From Alphaproteobacteria bacterium (GTDB taxonomy: Bacteria > Pseudomonadota > Alphaproteobacteria > Bin95), in the NCBI GenBank assembly GCA_965205265.1, contig CBDBGH010000003.1, forward strand, positions 4,960,001-5,024,000: 64,000 nt of DNA, in the 5' to 3' direction. Below the pieces are notes generated by a model that searched no databases, was not told the origin of the DNA, and saw only the letters and a program-made list of their open reading frames with translations. This document shows, piece by piece, positions 1 to 9,867 of the stretch. Numbering within the stretch: position 1 is the first letter of the stretch; every line of letters begins with the position of its first letter. Position numbers and translations under genes: made by a program.

Positions 1-5
1 TCACG

Positions 6-524
6 ATGGCGGCAGTCGGTCCCCAGGCCGCGTCGGCGCAGGGTCGTGCGCTGGTTGCGGAAGCCCGGGATATCACGTTCTGGCAGAGCGACAGCCGGGA
101 GTTCATTGTCGGGGTTTACGCCTCGGTTCCGGCCAGCCCGGCGGTGCAGATCGGTTTCCTGGTGCGCTGCGTGCGCAAGAACGGCTTCCTCGAGATGGAG
201 CTGGAGTTCGGGCATTTTCCGCCGGAAGGGAAGGTCGTGCAGGGCATGCTGCGCGGCCCGGACGGGCGGCTGGAAAGGCTGGAGCAGCCGATCACGGTCC
301 CGAACGCACCGGGCGACGATGTGCATGTCGTGGATATCGAAAATCCCGGCCGGGCCAGGGCCGACCTGCTTCTCGGCATGCTGTTCCGGCGCGGGACGCT
401 GCTGACCAACGGGCATAATTCCGTGGTTCTGAATGTGCCGGATGGCCGGAACCGGCAGGCCCTGGACGGGATCCGGTCCTGTACCGGGAGGAAGACTGCC
501 GGACGCAGGGGAAAGGATGTCTGA
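6..524 (+). CDS. hypothetical protein, possibly exported and 5'-truncated by the window edge
   Basis: 172-aa ORF with ordinary globular composition; the N-terminus resembles the end of a signal peptide (AASAQ). Confidence 0.5.
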   Translation: MAAVGPQAASAQGRALVAEARDITFWQSDSREFIVGVYASVPASPAVQIGFLVRCVRKNGFLEMELEFGHFPPEGKVVQGMLRGPDGRLERLEQPITVPNAPGDDVHVVDIENPGRARADLLLGMLFRRGTLLTNGHNSVVLNVPDGRNRQALDGIRSCTGRKTAGRRGKDV

Positions 525-631
525 ACGGGGGTGCAGGGGTGTCCGGGATACCGGCCCGATCCGGCAGGACGCCGCCGCCCGCGAGGCGGAGGCCGTCGCC
601 GCGGTGAAGGCCTGGGAGAAGGGATGAGAGA

Positions 632-934
632 GTGCCGGGTCCGGTGAAAATGGACTGGAGGGTGTGGGGGGTGCCCTTCGATCCGCCTGTCGGAGTGCGC
701 CGGGAAGACCAGGAACGCCTGTGTGTCACGGAGTATTTCGGTGGCGGGAGTCCGGAACGGATAGCCGAGGACTGGGCCCGGCAATTCGACTTCTCGACAA
801 CCGAGTTCGCTATCGTCAGCGGAGAGGATTATCTGGTCTCGGTCGAAAACCTGAATTCCGGGGAGCTGCAGGTTTTCCGGGTCTCCGGGGAGTCCCGGCC
901 GATCTACAGGGCGAGCGAATACGGTGGTGACTGA
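632..934 (+). CDS. hypothetical protein
   Basis: 100-aa ORF with non-shadow composition and a purine-rich RBS upstream. Confidence 0.5.
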   Translation: MPGPVKMDWRVWGVPFDPPVGVRREDQERLCVTEYFGGGSPERIAEDWARQFDFSTTEFAIVSGEDYLVSVENLNSGELQVFRVSGESRPIYRASEYGGD

Positions 935-973
935 GGGGGCGGTCCGGCAGCGCCCCGTCGCGCGGGGGCGCGG

Positions 974-2281
974 ATGAGGCCGGAGCGCCCGGGTCCGGTC
1001 TCCGGGATGGCGCTGGCCGTCGCCCTGTTGTTGACGGCGCCGTCCATGTCCGGGGCGGATGAGGGACGGGTTGCGCCGGCCCTGCCGGAAGAAACGGCCG
1101 TCCCGGAAAGGGACCGGGCATTGCCCGGTCCCGCCGGTTCGGCGGCGCCCGCCGCCGATGAACTGGAATTCGCGGAAGGATGGGAGGCTCTGGAGGCCGG
1201 GGACTGGGAAGCGGCGGCGAGCCGCTTTCGCGAGGTTCTTCAGCAGAACCCGGAGCTGACCCGGGTGCGGCTGGACCTGGCGCTGGCGCTGTTCAAGGGC
1301 CGCCGCGACATGGCGGCGGCCTACCATTTCCGGCAGGCGCTCGGGGATCCCGGCATGCCGGAGGAGGTCAGGCGGAAGGTGCTGTTCTTTCTGGAGAGGA
1401 TCGAACGGCGCCGTGAATGGTCGTTCACGGCCGAAGCCGGTGTTTCCCGTGACAGCAATATCGGTTCGGCGACCGATGCGGACCGGGTTGATCTGTTCGG
1501 CTTCCCGGCGGAACTGTCCGATGAGTCCCGTCCAAAGAGCGGGGCGGGACTGACGCTGGCGCTGTCCGGCGACCGGCGGTGGGTTCTGGATGCGGACACA
1601 CGCCTGGTGGCGTCCGCCGGGCTGACGACGAGGACGTACAGCGAAAGCCGTTTCAACGAGCGGTCCCTGCGCGTGGGTGTGGGGCCCCGCTTCCTGTTCG
1701 GCCGCAACCGGATCGGCATGGCGGCGACTATCAGCGGCAGACGGGTCGGCGGGAAGCCGCATGACCGGGCGGCAGGACTGGAAATATCGGGGTCGCTGGT
1801 CGCGGGTCCGGCATGGAAAGCGGGCGTCCGGGCCGGCATGGAGCGGATCCTTTACGAAGCCCTGCCGACGGACAGCACCGTGGTCGGCATCCGGGCGGAG
1901 GCGACGCATGTTGCCGGGCCGGCAACGCAGGTTCACCTGTCGGCGGGTGTGAGAGAGGAAAGGGCGGACGAAAGCCGCGCCCGCAGCTGGCGGGAACATC
2001 ATGGCGGCGTAACCGTGGTCCGGGAAATCGCCGGGGGATACGGCGTGGGCGGGTCCGTATTCGTCGGTGACCGGCGCTACGGTGCGCCCGTCCGGATTCT
2101 CGGCCCGGACGCCCGCCGGGACAGGAGAGTGGCTCTGGTGCTGTCGGTATCGAACGGGAGGTTCGGTTTTGCCGGCTTCGTCCCCCGGCTGTCGGTCATC
2201 CATGAGTGGAGACGGAGCAATCTGCGCCTGCACGAATACCGCCGGACGGTGGTCGAGGCCGGACTGGCGAGGAGATTCTGA
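974..2281 (+). CDS. TPR plus outer-membrane beta-barrel protein (Slam/DUF560-like)
   Basis: Signal peptide, TPR-like helices (AASRFREVLQQNPELTRVRLDLALALF), alternating beta-strands, C-terminal Phe (GLARRF). Confidence 0.75.
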   Translation: MRPERPGPVSGMALAVALLLTAPSMSGADEGRVAPALPEETAVPERDRALPGPAGSAAPAADELEFAEGWEALEAGDWEAAASRFREVLQQNPELTRVRLDLALALFKGRRDMAAAYHFRQALGDPGMPEEVRRKVLFFLERIERRREWSFTAEAGVSRDSNIGSATDADRVDLFGFPAELSDESRPKSGAGLTLALSGDRRWVLDADTRLVASAGLTTRTYSESRFNERSLRVGVGPRFLFGRNRIGMAATISGRRVGGKPHDRAAGLEISGSLVAGPAWKAGVRAGMERILYEALPTDSTVVGIRAEATHVAGPATQVHLSAGVREERADESRARSWREHHGGVTVVREIAGGYGVGGSVFVGDRRYGAPVRILGPDARRDRRVALVLSVSNGRFGFAGFVPRLSVIHEWRRSNLRLHEYRRTVVEAGLARRF

Positions 2282-2340
2282 CCGCGGGGACCCGTGCGGG
2301 AATTCATCCGTCGCCGGGAACGGCCGCCTGTCAGCGTTGT

Positions 2341-2859
2341 TCAGAATTCCGGTGACGGGGTGGCATCCGGTTCCTCCGCCCGGGCCGGGCCGAACGGGTA
2401 TTCGGGCGGCAGCGGCTCCAGTGCGCCGGTCGAACGGTTGCGGAACCGGCCGGCGAGCCCGGCATTGAGCAGAAGGTGGGCGACGGATTGCGCTCCGGGG
2501 GCGACGAACTCGTCCCCTGGTTCGCCCGATCGGAAAATATCGGCCTTCATGCGTCCATAGCGGTCGAAGCCGGCAGGATGGACCAGAAGGCAGCGGTCCC
2601 TGAGCGTCTCGCGCAGGAAAGCGCGCGCCCGCTCGCCCAGCGGCGGGGGCTTGCGGTTCCGGGCTGGGGCAAGGCCGTGGGCGGAGAGCGTTCGGGCCAT
2701 CAGGGTTTCCTGGAGCGAGGGGGACATGCGGGCGCGTTCCGGTGCATCGATCGAGCGCAGCCGAATCCGCAGGCTGCGCTGGCGGAAGCCGCCGTGCAGC
2801 GCGATCGTGTCGCCGTCGATTACGCGAACATCCGCGGCCTGCGCCACGAACGGCTTCAT
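2341..2859 (-). CDS. thermonuclease (SNase-like) family nuclease
   Basis: VRVIDGDTI, IRLRSIDAPE and DRYGR motifs; ATG at 2859 overlaps the topoisomerase stop (ATGA). Confidence 0.85.
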   Translation of the reverse strand: MKPFVAQAADVRVIDGDTIALHGGFRQRSLRIRLRSIDAPERARMSPSLQETLMARTLSAHGLAPARNRKPPPLGERARAFLRETLRDRCLLVHPAGFDRYGRMKADIFRSGEPGDEFVAPGAQSVAHLLLNAGLAGRFRNRSTGALEPLPPEYPFGPARAEEPDATPSPEF

Positions 2860-5261
2860 CGCCGTTTGCGCCCGCCGCCCTTTCCGCTGCCCTTGCTCCC
2901 TCCCATCTGTTCGTCCAGCCACTTGGAGAGCAGCTGGGCGGAGGCGCGGACATTGTCCGGAATCGAGAGTTCCCGTTCCTCGGCGATTCGCTCGGCAAGG
3001 CCGAGCTGCTTTTCGGACGGCGGCCGGGCCGCGTCGGCGGCAGTCTTGTTGGTGTCGATCCAGGTGGAAAGCGCCTTTGCCGAGGCGAGGGCGTCATCGG
3101 GAACCTGTGTCCCGAGACTCCCGGCGATGCCCTGGGCGAATTTGACCTGGCCTTCGGTCGGCATCCGTTCGCCGGACTCGTTGGTCTCGCGCTTAGGGGC
3201 ATGCTCGTCGAGGAAGGCGCGGGTCGCGGACATGGAGGAGAGTGTGCCGCGCGGCAGGGAAATGCCCTTCTGCTCGGCGATGCGTTTGGCCCAGTCCGCC
3301 ATCTGTTTCGTCGGTTTCCGGTCGCCGCCGAGATCGATCCTCACATTGGTTGCCGTGATCTTCTCGATCTCCTGCCGGGCGGACTGGAGGATCTGCTCGA
3401 CGGCGTCCCTGGCGGATCGCTGTCCCTTTTCGACGGCGTCGAAAAGCGTTTCCCAGAGCGCGGTCCGGGCCGGGTCGCAGAGATTGGGGACGACGGCATT
3501 GAGGGCATTGTAGAGGTCCATGCCCGCCTGGGTGGGCTGGACGGTCTTGGCCTTGCGCTGGATCTGCTGCTGGGCGAAGAGCCCCTTGACGATGTCGCCC
3601 CTGGTCGCCGGGGTTCCGATGCCCTTGGCCTCCCTGAGCCGGGCCCGCCATTTCGGGTCGGTGACCAGGCGCCAGGCCTCCTTCATGACCTTTATCAGCG
3701 CCCCTTCGGTGTAACGCGCGGGCGGGCGTGTGGTGACGGTGCGGACCTGGGCGCCGGTTACCTCGCCCGGCGCGCCGTTCTCGATCTTCGGAAGCTCGGC
3801 GGCTTCCTCGTTCTTTTTCGCCGGGCTGGCGATCTCGCGCCATCCCTGCACGAGGGGTGTCCGTCCGGATGTCGAGAACAGGAAATCATGGCCTTTCCAG
3901 GGAAAGGTCATGGCCAGGTTCATCTGGAGATATTCGAAGTCCGGGGCGAGGGCGGCCAGATACTGGCGCGCGATCATGTCGAAGAGTTTCGCCTCGTCTG
4001 CGGAAAGACGCGGGACGGCCTTGCGGAAGTCCCCGGCGACATTGACGTTCGGGATGATCGCGTAATGCGACATGCCCTCGAGCGCGGCGTCGGAAAAGTG
4101 GCCGGACTTGCCCTTGCGCGGCAGGGGCTTGCCGAGCAGGTGCCGGTGCTGGCCGTAGGCTTCGAGCCCGAGCAGGGCGGGAACGAGTTTCGGGACGTCG
4201 TCGATATTCGCCTCGGGAAGATACTGGGCCTCGGCGCGGGGGTAGGTGATGAGCGTCCGTTCGGAATAGAGCTTCTGGGCGATTTCGAGGGTGCGGTCGC
4301 CGGACCAGCTGAAACGGGCGCTCGCGGCGGACTGCAGGGCGGTCAGGTCGAAGAGTTTCGGCGGGCCCTGCTTGCGGCGCGTGTATTTGGTGGCCAGAGG
4401 CCCCTTGTAGCCCTGGACGGCCTGGCAGAGGGCGTCGGCGAATTCGCGCTTCAGGATGCGTCCGCGGAGCGGCTGGGCGGCCTCGAGGGCCTCCTCGTCG
4501 GCCTCGAGATCGTCCTCCTCCTCATCGTCCGCCGGCGGCCCGTCCTGTTCCTTGATGAGGGTCTCGGGCAGCCGGGCGCAGGTCAGGACGACCGTATCGG
4601 TTCCGGTCCTGACGGTGGCGTCGATCTCGAACAGGTCCTGCGGCTGGAAATCGAGGATCTCCAGCTCCCGCCGGCAGACAATGGCGAGGACCGGGGTCTT
4701 GACCCGGCCAATGCCGATGGCCCCCTTGCCGCCGGCCTTCATGGTGACGGCCTTCATGGTGACGGTGGCCGCCCGGGTGAGGGAGAGGTTGACGGTCTGG
4801 TCGGCCTGTTCCCGGGCCTGGCCGGAATTGTAGAGTCCCTCGAATTGCTCGTTGGGCTTGAGTTTGGAGAACGCGTCCTGGAGGGTTTTCGGGTCCTCGG
4901 CATTGAAAATGCAGCGCAGGCGTGTGCCGGCGAACTTGATGTGATCGAGGATCTCGTCGCCGATTAATTGCCCTTCCCTGTCGCAGTCCGTGGCGATGAT
5001 GACCCGGTCGGCGGTCCTGGCCTCGTTGCGGATGGCATCGAGGAGCCGTTTGGTACCGGGGCTTGCCTTCTTGGGGTAGAAGTGTCCCGGCCAGAGCAGT
5101 TCCGTCCCCCATTCCTTCCATTCCTCCCGGTATTCGTCGGGCTCGACGAGCTGGACGATATGGCCCTGGGCGGGCAGGACCGGGCCGTAACGGCTGCCTA
5201 TGGCGGCACGGATGGCCTTGGCCTGACTGCTCTTCTCGCAGATCACGATGCTGCGGGACAT
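2856..5261 (-). CDS. topB: type IA DNA topoisomerase III, plasmid TraE/TopB-like
   Basis: Toprim motifs ICEKSS and ATDCDREG, GRVKTP, catalytic ITYPR, GIGTPATR; three C-terminal repeats P(T/S)xxxxxxAxxIA. Confidence 0.92.
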   Translation of the reverse strand: MSRSIVICEKSSQAKAIRAAIGSRYGPVLPAQGHIVQLVEPDEYREEWKEWGTELLWPGHFYPKKASPGTKRLLDAIRNEARTADRVIIATDCDREGQLIGDEILDHIKFAGTRLRCIFNAEDPKTLQDAFSKLKPNEQFEGLYNSGQAREQADQTVNLSLTRAATVTMKAVTMKAGGKGAIGIGRVKTPVLAIVCRRELEILDFQPQDLFEIDATVRTGTDTVVLTCARLPETLIKEQDGPPADDEEEDDLEADEEALEAAQPLRGRILKREFADALCQAVQGYKGPLATKYTRRKQGPPKLFDLTALQSAASARFSWSGDRTLEIAQKLYSERTLITYPRAEAQYLPEANIDDVPKLVPALLGLEAYGQHRHLLGKPLPRKGKSGHFSDAALEGMSHYAIIPNVNVAGDFRKAVPRLSADEAKLFDMIARQYLAALAPDFEYLQMNLAMTFPWKGHDFLFSTSGRTPLVQGWREIASPAKKNEEAAELPKIENGAPGEVTGAQVRTVTTRPPARYTEGALIKVMKEAWRLVTDPKWRARLREAKGIGTPATRGDIVKGLFAQQQIQRKAKTVQPTQAGMDLYNALNAVVPNLCDPARTALWETLFDAVEKGQRSARDAVEQILQSARQEIEKITATNVRIDLGGDRKPTKQMADWAKRIAEQKGISLPRGTLSSMSATRAFLDEHAPKRETNESGERMPTEGQVKFAQGIAGSLGTQVPDDALASAKALSTWIDTNKTAADAARPPSEKQLGLAERIAEERELSIPDNVRASAQLLSKWLDEQMGGSKGSGKGGGRKRR
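4734..4763. repeat. 15-bp in-frame tandem duplication inside topB
   Basis: GGCCTTCATGGTGAC x2, giving VTMKAVTMKA. Confidence 0.9.
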
Positions 5262-5404
5262 GAACGCCTCCGGTGGTGGGTGGAATTACGCCCGCGATTG
5301 TAACGGGTCGTCCTGCGGTGCTGCACAAGCCGATCGCGAGTTTCCCCATATTTCGTGCGGCGCCGGGACGCCGGGACCTTGCAGCGGTGGTAGGAATACG
5401 GCCC

Positions 5405-5611
5405 ATGGCAACGCAGGACGAAAGAATTGCGGCGCGCCGCCGGGCGCTTGAGGCGGCGGTCGCGTCCAACCGTCTCGAGGGTCATGAGCCGGACCCGGCC
5501 TTTGCCGATCTCCACGAGGCGCGGATATCGGGACAGCTCGGGCACGGGGCGGCCATGGACGAGATGGTGAGGCGGGTTCTCGGGCCAGCCCGCCCGGAGC
5601 CTGGCCTGTGA
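5405..5611 (+). CDS. vbhA: VbhA-family antitoxin
   Basis: 68 aa; inhibitory (S/T)xxxE(G/N) motif SNRLEG followed by HEPDP; stop overlaps the Fic start. Confidence 0.85.
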   Translation: MATQDERIAARRRALEAAVASNRLEGHEPDPAFADLHEARISGQLGHGAAMDEMVRRVLGPARPEPGL

Positions 5612-6525
5612 CGGCGGCGCAGCGGCCGGAAGATGCCCATGACGGGTATCTGATCGCCGATGCCGCCGAAGCGGTCCTGCACAATCGCTGGGGCGTCACG
5701 GAACCCGGCCTGCTTGCGGTTCTGGAACGCGAGGCGACGGTGCTTGCGGCCATCGACATGGCGGATCTCCCGGTCTCGCGCGGCTTTGACCGGAAGCATC
5801 TGGCCGACATTCACCGGCGCCTCTTCGGCGATGTGTATGAATGGGCCGGGATGATGCGCGACGAGAGTGCGGTTCTCGGGGACGGCACAAGGATCGAGCC
5901 GGTCGAGAGGCTGGAGAAGGCCGGGACGGTCTTCGCGGCGGCCGGCGACATAGACGGCCGGCTGGAGAGTCTCGCGGAGACCGCGGACCGTGCGGCGATG
6001 CAGGAGGATGTGGAGGCTTTCGCGATGGAGGCCGCCGCCGTGCTCGCCGAACTGAACGCCATTCATCCCTTCCGTGAGGGAAACGGGCGCGTGCAGCGGT
6101 TCTTCCTGGAGGAATTGGCGCGGGAAGCCGGTCACGAGATGGATTTCGGCGTGATCGACGCCCCGCGGAACGTGGCGGCCTCGGAAGCGGCCGTCCACGG
6201 CTTTACCGAAGGCCTTGTCGGTCTGGTCCGGGACGCGGTCGTTCCGGGACGCCGGGATCTGCTTCGCAAGGCCGGGATATTGCTCGGAGAGGGCCGGCAG
6301 TGGGTTACGGAAGCGGAACTCTCGCGCCGGACGCTGGAGGCCGACGAGCGGGTGGACGGCATGCTGATGGAGGTTCGCGACGGTGTGGCGATTCTGGTGA
6401 CGGACAGCAATGAGCTGGTCGTGGCCCCGGAGACGGCGCTGGCGAATACCGCGGCTCCGGGGGACCAGGTGCGGCTCGCGGGCCGGTTGGCTTCCGGAGA
6501 AGAGACAGGGCTGGAGATAGGATAA
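5608..6525 (+). CDS. Fic-domain toxin (VbhT/FicT-like) with an extra C-terminal beta domain
   Basis: Canonical HPFREGNGRVQR motif and IHRRLFGDVYEWAG. Confidence 0.92.
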   Translation: MTAAQRPEDAHDGYLIADAAEAVLHNRWGVTEPGLLAVLEREATVLAAIDMADLPVSRGFDRKHLADIHRRLFGDVYEWAGMMRDESAVLGDGTRIEPVERLEKAGTVFAAAGDIDGRLESLAETADRAAMQEDVEAFAMEAAAVLAELNAIHPFREGNGRVQRFFLEELAREAGHEMDFGVIDAPRNVAASEAAVHGFTEGLVGLVRDAVVPGRRDLLRKAGILLGEGRQWVTEAELSRRTLEADERVDGMLMEVRDGVAILVTDSNELVVAPETALANTAAPGDQVRLAGRLASGEETGLEIG

Positions 6526-8201
6526 TGCTGCTGCGCTGGATGAGCAGGAGAACCGTGCTGCTTGTGCTTGCCGTGACGTCGGGTCTGGCGGTGTCGGCAT
6601 GCGACACCGGCAAGGAGGCGGCGGAGGCGGCGAAGAGCGCCGGTTCGGCGATGACGAAGTGGCTTCCGCAGTCGCCGGCGGGCCGCGAGGAACGGGTCTT
6701 CCAGGTGCTGAAGGAAGAGGACCGCCCGCATCTGGGGCTCGCCCTGCTGGAAAGGCGTCGCAAGGGGCTTCCTGAGGCGCTCGACGTGGAATTCAGTTTC
6801 CCGCTGGGGGACACGGTCACCCATGAGTCCATCGCGAACGATCTGGGACAGACGGCCGGGCTGAATGTGATTCTGGGCAAGGCGTTCGAGGAGGGTGGTG
6901 GGGCCCCCCGTCGAATCGGTGAGGCCGGTGAAGCCGGCCAGCCGCCGCCGGAAGCGGCGGCCAGGCCGGCCGGGTCGGAATTTGCATGGCTGGGGCTGGA
7001 AAGCGGCGGCGGGCTTCCGGTGGTGAACTGGCACGGCCGGGTCTCGGAGTTCCTCGATGCCTGGACGGAAGCGGCCGGATATGACTGGGAGTGGAACGAG
7101 GTCCGCGGCGTTGTGGTCCACCGTTCGGTTTCCCGGTCCTGGACGGTGAACGCGCTGGCCGGGGGCCAGCAGTGGAACGTGGGTGTGAACAGCGACGCCA
7201 GTTCGTCCGGCAGCGGCGACGGCGGGGCGACCGTGGCGGGGGGCAATTCGCAGTCGATTACGGCGACCTATCAGGACGATCCCTGGAAAGAGGTCAGGGG
7301 ACGTCTGGAGTTCGCAGCCGCCGGGGAGGCCCGGCTGCAGCTGACGCAGTCGACCGGCAGGGTGGCCGTCACGGGGACGCCGGGAGCGGTAAGGCGGGTC
7401 GAGGAGGCGCTGCGCGAACTCAACCGGACGACATTGCGCCCGGTCCGCCTGACGTTCTCCATGTTCCGGGTGGAGCACAACAACCAGCAGTCGTTCGATC
7501 TGGGGATATCGGCGGTCCTGCGCCATCTGTTCGGTCAGGATATCGGGATCGGGATCAATGCCACGGACGGTCTCGTGATCCGGCGGCCGGGTCATGTGCG
7601 TGGACAGAACAGCTATAGGGCGGCCGTGAACGCGCTCCGCCAGGTCGGGTCGGTGAGCCGGATCATGTCGGTCGACGTGCCGACGCTGAACGGACGCCCG
7701 GCGCAGTTCTACGACCTGCTCGACAAGGTGTATGTCGCGGAATACGAGGTGGTCGCGCTGGAGAACACGCAGAACGCCGTGACGACGCAGATCACGCCCG
7801 GCACGGTCACGGAGGGCATCATGATCTCCTACCGGGCCCAGATCGTGGCTCATGACGAGATGCTGGTGCGCATAGCGGTCAACATTCTCGACAGCGCCGA
7901 TATCAAGGATTTCGATACAGGCGAGGTGGTTGTCCAGCAACCGACGCAGGGCCGCCGGGCGATTACGTCGTCGCAGTCGGTACGGACGGGCGAGACGCTT
8001 GTGCTGACGGGCTTCGCTGACAAATTCGCGCAGGGTGGCGACAGTCTGGGTCTCGGCAATGAGGAGGTCGGCACGGGCTACAGGGATTCCGGCGCCAGCC
8101 GACGGATCGAGCAGGTGATGCTGGTGACGGCGGATATCGGACGTCCCCTGGGTATCGTGAACGAGACACCGGGGGCCGCGCCGGCCGGAGGCGGCGCATG
8201 A
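6525..8201 (+). CDS. type IVb pilus secretin lipoprotein, PilN/BfpB-like
   Basis: Lipobox VSAC; Ser/Gly-rich N domain; secretin motifs TLNGRPAQF and VRTGETLVLTGF. Confidence 0.8.
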   Translation: MLLRWMSRRTVLLVLAVTSGLAVSACDTGKEAAEAAKSAGSAMTKWLPQSPAGREERVFQVLKEEDRPHLGLALLERRRKGLPEALDVEFSFPLGDTVTHESIANDLGQTAGLNVILGKAFEEGGGAPRRIGEAGEAGQPPPEAAARPAGSEFAWLGLESGGGLPVVNWHGRVSEFLDAWTEAAGYDWEWNEVRGVVVHRSVSRSWTVNALAGGQQWNVGVNSDASSSGSGDGGATVAGGNSQSITATYQDDPWKEVRGRLEFAAAGEARLQLTQSTGRVAVTGTPGAVRRVEEALRELNRTTLRPVRLTFSMFRVEHNNQQSFDLGISAVLRHLFGQDIGIGINATDGLVIRRPGHVRGQNSYRAAVNALRQVGSVSRIMSVDVPTLNGRPAQFYDLLDKVYVAEYEVVALENTQNAVTTQITPGTVTEGIMISYRAQIVAHDEMLVRIAVNILDSADIKDFDTGEVVVQQPTQGRRAITSSQSVRTGETLVLTGFADKFAQGGDSLGLGNEEVGTGYRDSGASRRIEQVMLVTADIGRPLGIVNETPGAAPAGGGA

Positions 8202-9490
8202 GCGTCGTCATGATCGGCGGAGAGGCCTATGTGGCCGGAATGCTGTGGCTGCCGGCCCTCGAAAAATCGGAGATCGCGAAGGCCGGGAAGTCCGGCCGGC
8301 GCAACTACAATGTCCGGTACGGGGAGCTTGTCGGGCTTGTCGACGGGGAAGGAAACCCGGCCGGCATCGCGCCGCTGGCCCCGGTAGTCGAGCGCGTCAT
8401 CGGTCCTGACCAGGGCTCGTGGGTGGCCGCTCTTGCGACAGAGGAGGGCGAGGTCTGCCTTGTCCAGCAGCAGGCCGGCGCGCTGACGCGCGACGGAGAC
8501 GTTATCTTCGATCGGGAAGAGGATGCGTGGGAGCGGTTCGAACTTGTCCGTGAAAGCGGCGGCCGTGCCTTTGTCGGTCCTGGATTGTTCGAGGAACATG
8601 CTTCGCGCTTTGCCCAATTGGACCTTGACCTGCTGTCCGGGCAGCGGGCGTCCATGGCGGCGGTCGAGCGGGACAGGGGCGGGAGGAAGAACCTCGTCCT
8701 GACGCTTCTGGCCCTGATCGTGTTGCCGGTGGGCGGCTACTTGATATGGGACAATTTCATCAAGGAGCCGCCTCCGAGGCGGCCTCCGCCGATTCCGACA
8801 GTGGATGCCGTCATCGACAGGATGACCTTCGTGGCAGGATGCGAGAACGCACGCCGCCGAACCCTGCTGCATGTTGCAGGCTGGGACCTGAAGAGGGTCA
8901 CCTGCGTGTTCGAGCTGGGCTACGCCCTCGGAATCAGCGAGGAGGCCGATGTAAAGAACGAGGAAAGGATCGCGATCGGCCACGGACGCTTTTCAAAAGT
9001 CCCGGTGATGTTCGCCGAGTGGAAATTGATAGAGGGATTCGAACCGTCGGTATGGCGTCGTATTGCCGAGCAGCAGTTGGGAGCCGGGGGAGGCTGGGAA
9101 GTTGTTCAGGTAGCGGAATCGACGGCCTGGGCCGCGGTCCGGCTACCCAATGTGCTCGCGAAGGCGGGCACCGCGCCGAACTATGTCGATTACCGCAATA
9201 TGGTGGAAAGGGCTTTCGGCCTGCAGACGGTGGACGTGCTTCACGGTCCGCAGCCATTAACTCCGCATGGCAAGGCGGAGACAAGATTGACCATGACGTT
9301 CGGCCTGGCCGAGTTCTATGACAGGATCCGGCCCCTGGAGGGTATGGAGGTCGTGAGGGTGATGACGCGGCCCAGGGAGCGCTGGGGCTGGATTGCGGAG
9401 ATACGCAAGCAGCAGGCGCAGACGATCCAGGAGCCGTTTTTCCTTGAGAGGCAGGCGAGGACGCCTGCGGCGGCGAACCGGTCCAACTGA
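8198..9490 (+). CDS. type IVb pilus accessory protein, PilO-like
   Basis: Follows PilN with ATGA overlap; N-terminal YVAGMLW, one central TM then a Pro-rich linker, GWDLKRVTC. Confidence 0.6.
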   Translation: MSVVMIGGEAYVAGMLWLPALEKSEIAKAGKSGRRNYNVRYGELVGLVDGEGNPAGIAPLAPVVERVIGPDQGSWVAALATEEGEVCLVQQQAGALTRDGDVIFDREEDAWERFELVRESGGRAFVGPGLFEEHASRFAQLDLDLLSGQRASMAAVERDRGGRKNLVLTLLALIVLPVGGYLIWDNFIKEPPPRRPPPIPTVDAVIDRMTFVAGCENARRRTLLHVAGWDLKRVTCVFELGYALGISEEADVKNEERIAIGHGRFSKVPVMFAEWKLIEGFEPSVWRRIAEQQLGAGGGWEVVQVAESTAWAAVRLPNVLAKAGTAPNYVDYRNMVERAFGLQTVDVLHGPQPLTPHGKAETRLTMTFGLAEFYDRIRPLEGMEVVRVMTRPRERWGWIAEIRKQQAQTIQEPFFLERQARTPAAANRSN

Positions 9491-9511
9491 GCGGCCCGCG
9501 GGCGAATCCGG

Positions 9512-9565
9512 CAATTGGATTGCCATGACAAGCGGCTTGTATAGATAATCGAATAGTTATATATT
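9512..9565 (+). promoter_or_regulatory. operator repeats plus sigma70-like promoter
   Basis: CAATTGGATTG (9512), CAAGCGGCTTG (9529), TAATCGAATAG (9546) at 17-bp period; TTGTAT-N17-TATATT. Confidence 0.6.
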
Positions 9566-9867
9566 GTGGTCTCCGGACATGGATTCGACTGCATGAAAGG
9601 ACAGCGTGATGCTGGAGGCTTCGGACCGCTATATCGAACTGACCAGGGCAAAGCGCTGGAACGGCGAGCTGCCGTCCACCATGCTGGGCGGCGACGGCGC
9701 GGTGCCGCTCCTGTCCCTGTCCTCGCCCGGGCGGTAAGTGACCCGGGTGGCCGGCCGGGCGGAGACGGGGAATCCGCCCGCCCGGCCTTTTCCGATTTTC
9801 ACGAGCGTGAAGCAGGATTGTCTTTCGACGCGGAGTGGCGCGGGCGCCTGAAGCGAAGGGGCAGGGA

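Noticed and set aside
116-3202. 1028-aa minus-strand ORF
   Set aside because: Pro/Arg-rich shadow of GC-rich real genes, with no recognisable motifs
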